Source of the DNA: Lepidodermella squamata
Taxonomy: Eukaryota; Animalia; Gastrotricha
Length of the DNA: 64,000 nt
Reading direction: 5' to 3'
Assembly (NCBI GenBank): GCA_047495785.1
Contig: JBLDXI010000046.1
Span: forward strand, 1,302,001-1,366,000
Notes under the pieces: generated by a model
The model's database searches: none
Seen by the model: only the letters and a program-made list of their open reading frames with translations
What the model was told of the DNA's origin: nothing
Shown: positions 26,180 to 36,816 of the stretch, one piece after another
Layout: every line of letters starts with the position of its first letter
How positions within the stretch are numbered: position 1 is the stretch's first letter
Translations under genes and position numbers: made by a program

Positions 26180-28519
26180 TTAAATATTTGACAAAGCTGA
26201 AAACTTGTCAATGCATGATCTAAACTCGGATACAACGAGATGATGCGATTTCATCTTTCGAAATTTCTCCGGGACAGTTTCATCGCACTTTGCTAGTGCC
26301 GCCAACAGAATGCCAGCGGATAACGAAATCGTCGCAGCTAGCATTTCGTTCTCTTTACACCGAGACTTGGGCGGAAGTGGAGCGCGAACAGTGACACATA
26401 AATGAATAATAAACTTATCAGGTTCCCATTTGAACTCAGGTTGCAGGGCATAGGGTACGAAACGAACCGGCTCGAAAATCGGCTGATTTCCCCCGATCAT
26501 CGAAGCCATGCACAGCAGAATGTTGGCGTAGTCGAACATGCTAGCACCCTCCTGCAGGCCTTCGTACAAAATGAGGCGAGCAAGCTCGGCGAAAGTTCGA
26601 GCCATTATCAACTTATTAGAACCTGATGCTAATCGCTTCCTATCATTGACATCACAGCCAGATCGTAAAAGAACAGCCAATAGACGGAAAGTTCCTAGAC
26701 GGTATAAGTCGTGCTTGATAACGCTTAATATCAGCTGACTCGCAGATCCACTAGCTGCGATCTGTTTCGCTAAGAACGGCTTCGAAGCCAAGCAAAGGAT
26801 TGAGCTGACCGACAGAACGTTTTGGAGTAGATTCTCCTTCAACGACCCCCATTTAGCATCGTCGTAATTGTAGTAGGTGAAAATAGAATTGAGCGAACGG
26901 GCAAGTCTATCGGCCACTTCGGGACATTCCTTGACCAGCTGTTCAAGTCGACCAGGTGTATATCGATAGATCGTCAACGGCAGCATGAATGATTGAACGG
27001 CATACATCAAACTTTCACATCCGGTTTTATTCAAATTAGCCAAATTTCCACTGAGAAATTCCAAACGGCAGGCGAAATGGGAAAAGGCAGGGTACATGCC
27101 GACTACACCACCTGGCAGCTTATCAAACTTGCCCTGGAATGCGACAAACAACTGACACCACCATTCAATGTAGGCTTTCATCAAGTTTTCATCGACAAGG
27201 GCTTGACGGGCATTGGCCGATGGTTTTTTCAGCAGTAAATGCTTGTGATCCGCAAAAGCTACAGCGGTTTGAAGCGCCATCAATTCCAGAAATTCTGCAA
27301 CTTCCTCAGCAGGGGTTTTCAGCAAATTATCTTGAAAATTAACATCCCGCACCACTAGCTGAAGCATCATCAGCATGAATTTAGCTGGATTAGGTTCGGA
27401 GGAATCTGTGTAAACAGCGCCTGGTTTCTTCAAAAACGGCTCGAAAAGGCAGATTTTCAGCAATCGAGCATACCAAACAGCTTTCTCGAATGGCTGCTGA
27501 TGGCTCGCTCGAATCGAGCCTGAATGTAGGTCTTTAAGCGTCATCAAATAGTCTGAGACCAAGTTGAGCCATTGATCGTAGAGATGGACCAAAGAACCAG
27601 GCTGGCTTCGAGCGATTCTAGCCATCATTTTGTCAGAAACAGCTGATTTACTTGAATTCTCGATAAAAGGCATCACCCAGTTGCCTTTTCTATAGAAAAA
27701 CTCGTTCATGCGCTGGTTTTCCGCGGCGAGAAACGTCCAGTTCGAGAGAAATTGGATGAATTCTTGAAGAAAATGAGTCTCAACCAGAGTAAGCGATTCG
27801 AAATTCACATTCGACAAGAAACCTGTCAACGTTTCGTTCGCTTCTAACATCTTCATGTAACGAGTTGAGTTCTTTTGAAACAACTTCTTCGACCCAGAGC
27901 GTCGTAGTGCAATGTGCATTGTTACATGTTGGCACAGGAACGTGAAAGCCGGCATTCGATCAAGCAAATCCTTGCCAGTTACCGATAGAAATCGTTCAAT
28001 CGTTCGATTCAAATCAGCGTCATCATGGCGGTACGTGACATCGCTCGGTTTCGTCCAAGGTTCCATTATTTTCCGCAGAACTTTGTCCGATTGTTCCATC
28101 TGGCGAAGGTAGGTTAGAGCGTAGTCGCAATGGCCGCCTTTGTACAAAACTTCGGCAACAGCCTTCAAATATCGGCACTTGGCGTCATCGTCCGAATCGT
28201 ACATAACGCGGCGAAAATTCATGTAAGCAAAGGCGCCGGCCTCCTCAAATCGCTGAGCAGCCGATAAGACTTCGACCAGCTTGTCAAGAATTTCATGAGT
28301 GAAATCGCCGGCGATTTCGGCTGATTTCAGCAGCAGCTGATAAGCTTCCTCGAATTTGCCTTCGTTGAGCGCGACTTGGCTTTGTTTGATAGCCTCAGAT
28401 GAATCGCTAAGCCGCTGATGCTTTTCATCGTCCGATATGAATTCGCGACAAAATTTCGCATAATATTGATGGACGTCTTCGCGAGTCTTTAAAGAACAGA
28501 TATCATCAATAATTCCCAT
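26180..28519 (-). CDS. Uncharacterised 779-aa alpha-helical protein with N-terminal TPR-like repeats, single exon
   Basis: 2.3-kb uninterrupted ORF with TPR-like segments (GKFEEAYQLL, QRFEEAGAF, GHCDYALTYL). No catalytic motif recognised. Confidence 0.7.
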   Translation of the reverse strand: MGIIDDICSLKTREDVHQYYAKFCREFISDDEKHQRLSDSSEAIKQSQVALNEGKFEEAYQLLLKSAEIAGDFTHEILDKLVEVLSAAQRFEEAGAFAYMNFRRVMYDSDDDAKCRYLKAVAEVLYKGGHCDYALTYLRQMEQSDKVLRKIMEPWTKPSDVTYRHDDADLNRTIERFLSVTGKDLLDRMPAFTFLCQHVTMHIALRRSGSKKLFQKNSTRYMKMLEANETLTGFLSNVNFESLTLVETHFLQEFIQFLSNWTFLAAENQRMNEFFYRKGNWVMPFIENSSKSAVSDKMMARIARSQPGSLVHLYDQWLNLVSDYLMTLKDLHSGSIRASHQQPFEKAVWYARLLKICLFEPFLKKPGAVYTDSSEPNPAKFMLMMLQLVVRDVNFQDNLLKTPAEEVAEFLELMALQTAVAFADHKHLLLKKPSANARQALVDENLMKAYIEWWCQLFVAFQGKFDKLPGGVVGMYPAFSHFACRLEFLSGNLANLNKTGCESLMYAVQSFMLPLTIYRYTPGRLEQLVKECPEVADRLARSLNSIFTYYNYDDAKWGSLKENLLQNVLSVSSILCLASKPFLAKQIAASGSASQLILSVIKHDLYRLGTFRLLAVLLRSGCDVNDRKRLASGSNKLIMARTFAELARLILYEGLQEGASMFDYANILLCMASMIGGNQPIFEPVRFVPYALQPEFKWEPDKFIIHLCVTVRAPLPPKSRCKENEMLAATISLSAGILLAALAKCDETVPEKFRKMKSHHLVVSEFRSCIDKFSALSNI

Positions 28520-29545
28520 CTAAATTAATTTATTCTTGAAAATTGTAAAAAGAACGGCGGAGTGTTTAATAAAGTTGAAGAGAATTCAACCAGGTAATTC
28601 ACGGGAAGATATCCGCAGACATCCCGTAACAAAAAAATCAAACTTAAAATGTTTTTCCCAATCTGTGGATACGCTTCGTTGATAACCGAAATCGAAGTTC
28701 TTCATTGATAGACTGCTCAAAATGAATATGGCTAGATATTGATAGCACGTGGTCAATTATTTGCGAACTAAAGCACGCGACCCCAGGCCAGCCGGGCCCG
28801 CCCCATTGATAAATAACTTTGACGTTTTTCTCACCCAAGCTATAAATCAACATTTTTAATGTTGGCCGACAGGAGGACGCAGATGAATGCCTTAATCGAA
28901 CTTTACACGACTTTTCTTCCATGTCAATGTTGCTGCGAATCCGATTGTCTGTATCTGAATTCAAACGAGAAACCATTTGTCTTGAATGTCACAATTAATT
29001 TTCGAAGCAAAATTCGCAATGGGGACAATTCCGAATGTCCCGAAGCCCTAGCCTGTTTATGGGAACTAGAAGAAATGCTATTGGCTCGCGTCCAACCACA
29101 AATCAACTACTACATGGTCAAAGGCGGTCAGCTACGCTACTTGTATCATTGCTCTCATTTTAAAGGGAAAGTGCAATATTTTTCAATAATGAGCTTCCAA
29201 TCGATATTGCTCAAGCTGCAATCGTTTTAGTTCGAAAAAACGTTCGATCTGTCTTGAAGTTCGAGGCTTGGCTATTGAACGAGCAGCTCGCTATTTGATT
29301 ATTGCGAACGACTATTTGGATTCGTACTTTTCAAATTTACCTCGTCTCAATTTAGCCCCGTTTCGGCTTATTATATTTCCGAAAATCTAAGTTGACCAAG
29401 GTCATACAATTTATTTCCACTGGTTTGTTATTCAACGATTGATTTCGTTTTATTTCTTTCAGATTACCACGGTTTGCCATGAAATGAAAAAAGGTGAGAC
29501 AAGTGATTGGTTTCACGTGCATTTTTCTCGATTTGTTCGTGTATT

Positions 29546-31017
29546 TCAACCATCAATCGGTCCATCAGCCGTGTGATCGGCATAATTCGGGTAAGAAGCT
29601 CGAACAACTCGATCGTTAACCGGCATAACCGCCCGATAATTGTGATCAATCAAATGGCCATCTCGCGGCCTGTGCAGGTAATGAAAATGTTCCAATTGCT
29701 CCGAGCTAACAAGCAACGGATCGGCTAGTACCAGCCACGTGATACACTGAGACAACGGCGGCGTAGTTAGCGAACCTGGATACGTGAAATATCGCTCGAG
29801 GTTTTCCGGCATTAGAGCGCGTGGATGAATGCTAAAATGCAGCGGCATTTCATGGTCGTTGTAGTCGATTTCTTTCATATCCTCAATTAGCCGCTGAACT
29901 TCAGGATGCGCAACTTCTTTAGGGTGCACCTTCAAGAAAACGCCAATCACAGCTAAGCCATCTTCGTGCCTATAGAAAATAGATGGAAAATACATATTTA
30001 TTAAATCGAAATTTGGCACTAAATTAAAATTCAATAAATTAATTACTTTAAAAATAAATTAAAAAATTAGTTAATTAATAAAATTTAATTAATTAATTAA
30101 TTATTTAAGAATTAGCCAATAAATTCCTAGTTAATTTATAGCAGATATCACTCACTTGATAGCTTCGCCCATAGTCTTGTATTTGAACTTGTTAAAATGG
30201 ACGAAATGAAGCTGAAATAATTATGAAAATTATTAGAAAATTTGCAATAAAAATTGCGATTTTACTTCAGCTGGATAGCTGTGGTTATTGATGGTATGCT
30301 CACTTCCATGAACTTTATGCGAAGGCCCCCAATGGCCATGAAATTGAACCAGCTGATATTCGTCCTTCAAAGGCCCTCCACCGATCGCTAGCAAAATTAA
30401 TTTAAAAAAAAATCAATTAAATTTGAAAAAATTACTCGCAGGAATATCTTGGCTGAAGTTGACTTGAAACGAATGGCCGCTGTTGAAAATCGTGGTCGCC
30501 TTGCAGCGTTCGTAATTGACGAGAATCGCGCCTAGACTTTCGTCATACCTGACCCATTTCGCCGTCGTATCGATGTTAATTGGACTTTGGTGAGATCCGC
30601 AGCCTTCGGGAAAAGCCTGGGCCCACGATTGCGGCCCGTGTTCGTCGTAGTCCCACTCGGTTTGACGACCCTGAGTCGACAGGAATTTTCTACTATTTTT
30701 CAAAGATAGAAGCGCCGGCAAAATTAGGAACATTTTACTCGAGACTTTTTATCATCGATTCACCTAATAAAATTGCGGTTTTTCACGGCATTGAAGCGGT
30801 TCGATACAGGTGTCGTCGAGGTTAGGACCCTGGCGATGCGGTTTTGGGACTCGTTGGCGCCACGCAAATTGCCACTTGAATGAGAAGGTAATAATTCTCA
30901 CTAGGCGAACGTTGAACTCTTATGAAATGCAAAAAATTAAATTAATTACCTGTTGCCAGGCAGCAAAGACCGCGTTGTTATGAATCGAATCAGCCGCCTT
31001 GCATTGTTCGTAAACAT
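29546..31017 (-). CDS. Alpha-carbonic anhydrase 1, with a putative mitochondrial presequence
   Basis: QSPINI, NSGHSF, QFHGHWG, SEH, ELHFVH, GSLTTPP and NYR motifs across exons. Upstream exons (31017-30950, ~30875-30764) give an Arg-rich N-terminus; the 5' structure is less certain. Confidence 0.9.
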
Positions 31018-31579
31018 AATTCCCACGGTAAAAAATCTAAATTTAACCGAAAAATGGCGTGCAAAAATGGAACTTCATTCAAGAGTAAAAAGATGAAGAT
31101 TGACGTTTCAAAGCCCTAGTTTCAGACAGTATGAGAGTGTGAGCTTTTTCCGATAGCGAAAAACAGGATAGCAACCACGTGCTATAGTGATATGAATAGT
31201 TTCCAGCTGGGATTCGCGTGCAGTTCTGATAATACCTATGAGGACTTGACTGAATTAATTACATGACCTTACATGCACCAGGAATTCATCATGCGAAGCG
31301 TGAAAACCTTATTCCTATTTTTTTATTTTATATATTATTATAAAAAGTTATAAATTATTGTAACGATAGAAAAATCTTTGATTTCGAGGATTAAAAATTC
31401 CAAAATTGAAAACCCAATTTGTCTAGTTTTACCTGATTTTTGGCGGCAATTTAAAAAATATTTTGGGCTGATCCTGGACAATTAATTAGGTCATTAGGTA
31501 ATTTAGACACTAATTTGCATATGCCACGGCCTAGATACTGACAAGATACTGACTTTGAAGAAGGGGTACTAATAAATAT

Positions 31580-32200
31580 AGGGTGCCAACTTTCATACAT
31601 AAATATGTATGAAATTTTTAACTTTCATACATATTTATGTATGACAAAATTAACTTTCATACATATTTTTTTCCATGAAATTCAAGCTGAAAACGTTAGG
31701 GAAATGCCAGATGACTAGGTTTCGGTTTATGTAAAAGAATAAGGGGGTTCCGAAAGCGAAGTCAAATTTTTCCGCATGAAAATGGTTTTTCGGGAAGCAA
31801 AAGGGCCCAAAAATCGAGATTCGTAGAAACTCGAAACTCGAACTATCCTAACCCTAACCTTGACCCTGAACCCTAACCAAATCCTAACCCTAACCCGAAC
31901 CCGAACCCGAACCCTGGCACCTAACCCTAATCCCTAACCCCAATTCCTAATCACAGTTTGGCTAAAAAACAAGATTTTATGAAAAAAAATATGTATGAAA
32001 GTTAATTTTGTCATACATAAATATGTATGAAAGTTAAAAATTTCACACATAAATATGTATGAAAGTTAAAAATTTCACACATAAATATGTATGAAAGTTA
32101 AAAATTTCACACATAAATATGTATGAAAGTTAAAAATTTCACACATAAATATGTATGAAAGTTAAAAATTTCACACATAAATATGTATGAAAGTGCACTT
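31580..32200. mobile_element. Foldback-like element: inverted arrays of a palindromic 32-bp unit around a (TAACCC)n-like core
   Basis: Left arm 31589-31680 is the reverse complement of 31975-32065. TTTCACACATAAATATGTATGAAAGTTAAAAA occurs 5 times (starts 32041, 32073, 32105, 32137, 32169; last copy truncated). Telomere-like tract at 31847-31950. Confidence 0.8.
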
Positions 32201-32596
32201 CGATAAATATATTTTTAAGTGGCGTCTACACTCCAAATTTTCCCGATTTTAAAAGTGAAATTCAGGTTGATGACGTCGATGTTTTCGTTTTATTTTCAGA
32301 CAGCTTTTAGGGGACTTTTATGTTTAGGAAATCCTGTTTTTTTACTGCTCGGCGTTGCAAAGCCAGCAAAAGTGTCCTATAGGAGGTGTCCGCGAACCCC
32401 GCGTTACGCTAGGACACAGACTTTTCAACACCTTCAAAAACTATGCCAGACCACAAGATTTATTCGGTATTATTTCTGGTCAACAAGCACAAGGTACCTA
32501 TCAAAAATACAAAATGAAAGTCGAAATATGAAACATTAAACAATGATACGGCATCGAAAATTCGAGTGAAGAACATGGTGGTGAAACGTGTTTTTT

Positions 32597-34163
32597 TCAG
32601 GGTAGGGGTAATATGCCATTTTTGCGGTAATAGTCGGCAAAAGATGCTCGAACAACGCGATCGTTAATAGGCTGAACAGGTCTGTAATTGTGATCTATCA
32701 AATGGCCATCGTCTGGGCTGTGCAAATCGTGAAAATGCGCCAGCTGCTCGTCACTCACCTCAAGCGGTTCAGCCATAACGATCCAGATGACACTCTCCGT
32801 TAAAGGCGGCGTCGTCATCGAGCCAGGATACGTGAAATAGCGAGAAAAGTCGTTAGGCAGCAAATTGATAGGATTAACGTCGAAATCAATTGCTACGTCG
32901 TGATTGTCATAGTCGATTAAATTGAAATCTTGTAGTAGATTTTGCAGCTCGGTATTTCTGTACTTCCTGTTTGCGGAAATTTTGAGAAAAACGGCGACGA
33001 CGCAAATACCATCCGGGAACTCAGCGGCTTCGTCCGCATTCAAATACTTATCGCGATTAAAGTGGACAAAGTGCATCTGAAATTAATTGAAAAATCAGTA
33101 AAAAATATTTTAAAAAATTCAAAAAATTCAAACCTCAGCCGGAAAAGAACGACCATCAATCGTGTGCTCACTCCCGTGAGAAGTATTAGATTCGCCCCAG
33201 TGAGCATGTATTTGAGCCTAAAAATCAGAAAAAAATTTAAATTTAAAATTTGAAAAATTCTCAAAAATATTCAAATTCTCCAAAAATACGGATTTTTGAT
33301 GTCTCGATATTACAGGTCAGGCCACGCGCGAGACTGCGGAGCCGATATCGATTTCAATTATCGATTTCACAAATCAGTGATTTTTCGAATTCGATTTCCA
33401 GAAAAAAAAAATTAAAATTAAAATTTATCGATAAAACCTCCAAGTACAATGAATTTGGACTCGACGTTGAAGTAAATAAATTAACAAATTTTTTGTTTAC
33501 TAACCAGTTGATATCGGTGTTGTCCTAATGGGCCGCCAAAAATCACTGAAATTGCGAGAAAAATTATTCTTCCAGCAATTTTTGTGTGTAAATATTTACG
33601 TGCAGGAGCGTTGATGTCAAATTTGACTTGAAACCCATAGCCGGTATTCCATATAGACAGCGCCTTGCATTTGTCGTAGCCGAATTTCAGCGGCGTGTGA
33701 ACGAGCGTAGCGTCGAATTGCGTCGTAAAGGCGTTCGTATCGATGTTGATCGGCGATTGGTGCGTGCCACGCCCGGCCGGGAAATAGTTGGGCCACAACT
33801 CGGGACCTTGACTCAATTTACGATAAACAGATACACGACTAGTTGTCAAACCACTCGCCGATAATCGGCGAGCATTCATTTTTTTGGCTAAAAGGTATCT
33901 TGAATTTTTTTCGCAGTGCACAAAAAATCCTAATTTGTTGTGATGACCATTTTTTTAAGGTTGATTAAAATTAATTTCCGCGCGGGGAGATTTTTATTAA
34001 TTTTTTGCTTACCATCCGTAGGCGAATATCCCCAGCAAGGTTTTTGTTTATTGTTCCGGCTGACGTGTTGATAACCCGGACGGGAACAATTCTGATCATC
34101 ATCAGCACTGACGCAACGATCAACGCCGTGTCGTCGGGCGAAAACTCCGAAAACACACGACAT
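32597..34163 (-). CDS. Alpha-carbonic anhydrase 2 (Tyr at the His64-equivalent position), 5 exons
   Basis: WGY, QSPINI, WNTGYGFQV, QIHAHWG, SEH, EMHFVH and GSMTTPP. All junctions are GT-AG and in frame. Confidence 0.92.
33310..33480 (+). repeat. Partial copy of the dispersed repeat, in a CA2 intron
   Basis: CTGCGGAGCCGATATCGATTTCAATTATCGATTTCACAAATCAGTGATT. Confidence 0.6.
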
Positions 34164-34526
34164 CGAGGATAAAAGTCCGTAAAATATTGAAAATTCAGCT
34201 GTTTTGCTGAACACTTATTGCTATTAAGATTTTCGCGTAAAAAACGAAAAGCATGTTCGCCAAAAAGTGTGTAGGAGAGGATAAGATCCGGGCCGATATA
34301 GCACGCAAGCGCGAATGTCCTCTCGAGTTTCAACATCGATTTTTTTCCTTCGAACGTGCGTAAAAAATGTCTCCTGCGGCTCGTTTTTTTTCAATAAACT
34401 CGCTTTAATGACCATAAATACAGGCAAAACATTAAATTAACAGAACGAATTTGCATAAAAACATCTCTAAAACTCTCAACAAAGCCAAATTCACGGGGTT
34501 GGAACAGCAAAGAAATAATTGTTTCT

Positions 34527-35610
34527 TCAATTTTTTTCGTCGATCGCTCGTTTAACAATGTCGCAATTTATGTAGTCCTGAAACGCCGCTCTAACAACGC
34601 GTTGATGCAGCGGTTGGACGGGCCTGAAATTGTGATCGATGTGATGCCCGCTGTGTAAATCGTGCAAATCGTGAAAATGGCTCAGTTGATCGGCGCTAAC
34701 TTCCAACGGTTCGGCAATTAAAATCCACGTGACGCACTCGGACAGCGGCGGCGTAGTCAGCGAGCCTGGGTAGGTGAAATACCGCGTTAAATCGCTAATG
34801 GGTATAAAATCGCGCGGGTGAACGCTGAAATCGAGCGGAACGTCGTGATTATCGAAGTCGATCAGTTTAAAGTCTTCAATCAAGCGCTGCAGCGTTGGGT
34901 GTTGTTTGTTGCTGGTCACCCTGAGAAAAACGCCGATAACAGCCAGGCCGTCCGGGTGTTTAGCGGCTTCGCTTACGCAGCCGTATTTTTTGTTGTAATG
35001 GACAAAATGCAGTTCGGATGGGAAAACTCGGCCGTTAACTGTGTGCTCTGAACCGTGATCGTGAGATCCGTGGCCCCAGTGTCCGTGAAACTGGGTCAAT
35101 TGGTACTCCTCATCTTGGAAAGGCCCGCCGCTCAAGACTAGGGAATTGAAAAAAATTGAAAAATTGAAATATTAAAATCGAAAATTGAAAAAATTCAATA
35201 AACTATTCAAAAATTTTTAAAACTTTAATTAAATTTAAGAAGGTCGTTTGCGTACTGGCTGGTGAATTTTCGTCGAATCGAACTTGAAATCCATGGCCTG
35301 AATTGAAAATGGACAACGCTTTGCAATGGTCGTAGTCGATAGTTAGAGGACCCAATGAGTGGTCGAACTTTGTCGATGAAGCCGTAGTATTAATGTCAAT
35401 GGGTGACTGGCGATGGCCACGGCCCTCCGGGAAGTGCATAGCCCACGAGTGTGGTCCTATGAAAAATTGAACCAACGTAAATGCGGCAAAAAATGGTACC
35501 AAAATGGACCTACCGTCTTTGCCTTCATAGCCCCATTCGTGCTTATTAGGATTTGAATGCTTATGCAAATATTTCGACATTTCCTCCTGATCTAAAGATT
35601 CCCTACTCAT
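34527..35610 (-). CDS. Alpha-carbonic anhydrase 3, cytosolic type, His-rich, 3 exons
   Basis: WGYEG, QSPIDI, NSGHGF, QFHGHWG, SEH, ELHFVH, GSLTTPP and NFRP. No signal peptide. Confidence 0.95.
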
Positions 35611-36816
35611 CGCGTATATGCACAGAGCAAAAAAATATTTTCAGAGCAGGAAAATATAACGCAAAGCGCTATACTGGCTTATTAAATATTTCAAGAGAAA
35701 AGCAATGGAAAAAATATTGGATTTTTCATTTTCCGATAGCTGCTAATCACCATTTTTTCATTTAAAAGCATCAAATGGCAGCTTTGTATGACTGAAATCA
35801 TCTCAGCATGGATAATGTGAGGAATATGATAATAGCATGCTAAAAAACTACAAATTTAATTTTTGCGGTTTTATTTATAGCTTAAAGGCGAAATATCCTC
35901 AAAATTATGTAAAATACGGCGAAAATCATGAATGCTAGAATGATTCTAGAAGAAATGGGAGACAGCCCAGGTAAGGAATACGAGCTATGATTTACAATCA
36001 CAGGTGCGCCACAATGTATGTAATGATGTAAAAAACACGATGAAAATATTGTAATGCTATAAAACGCACGGATGCGAATAAAAAGAACGCGGAAGTTTAT
36101 TGTTGCGTTCACTTTTGCGACTTCGTTATTCGATAGCTTCAAGCTATAATGAGCAGCGTTGGCTACATTCTCAACCTTATTAGAGGGAACAACTTATTTG
36201 AAAATTTTCCAGAGCTATCAGTACAGCCTAGCTAATTTAACGCGTTATAACAAGAAAATTTATGAACAGGTTAAGTTATATAGCTTCCTTATCTTAATAC
36301 ATTCAGAGAAATGCCGGTCATCAGCTGTATATAATATAAGAGGGGAAAAGTTGAGGGGTCACGTTTCAGCGACTTGTAGTTTGTTTTTTTTTCCTAAATT
36401 CAGCCTGTATTTTGAACATATTATAATATATACGTGACATTTTTACGGCCATAATAATGTTTTTTTCAATCAAAATGACGAGACATGATTTTTTAATTTT
36501 CTTTATTGCGCTAAAAAGGTAGTTTTTTCACCTATAACACATGTTCGAAGACCGGTTTACTCATTTTAATCATTATATCAACAAAAATTGCTCGATATAT
36601 AATACGCATATATTTCGCTATAAAATTAAAGAAAATTACAATCGGTATTCTCGTAAACGAGAAAAACTCGATATATATCATCCATCATGCTTGATAACAG
36701 AACGAAAGTTTTGAAAAAAACTGAAATGGTATGCAAAACTAGACAGAGAAGGAAAAGTACGAGACATTTCTTGTTATTCTCGATGCATGTTTTTCTTGCA
36801 TGAATTCGCATCCATT

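Noticed and set aside
31847-31950. True telomere or chromosome fusion site
   Set aside because: The tract is short, degenerate, in one orientation and embedded within an inverted-repeat element.
32035-32195. 32-bp palindromic direct repeats as a CRISPR array
   Set aside because: The units are head-to-tail with no unique spacers, there are no cas genes, and the context is eukaryotic.
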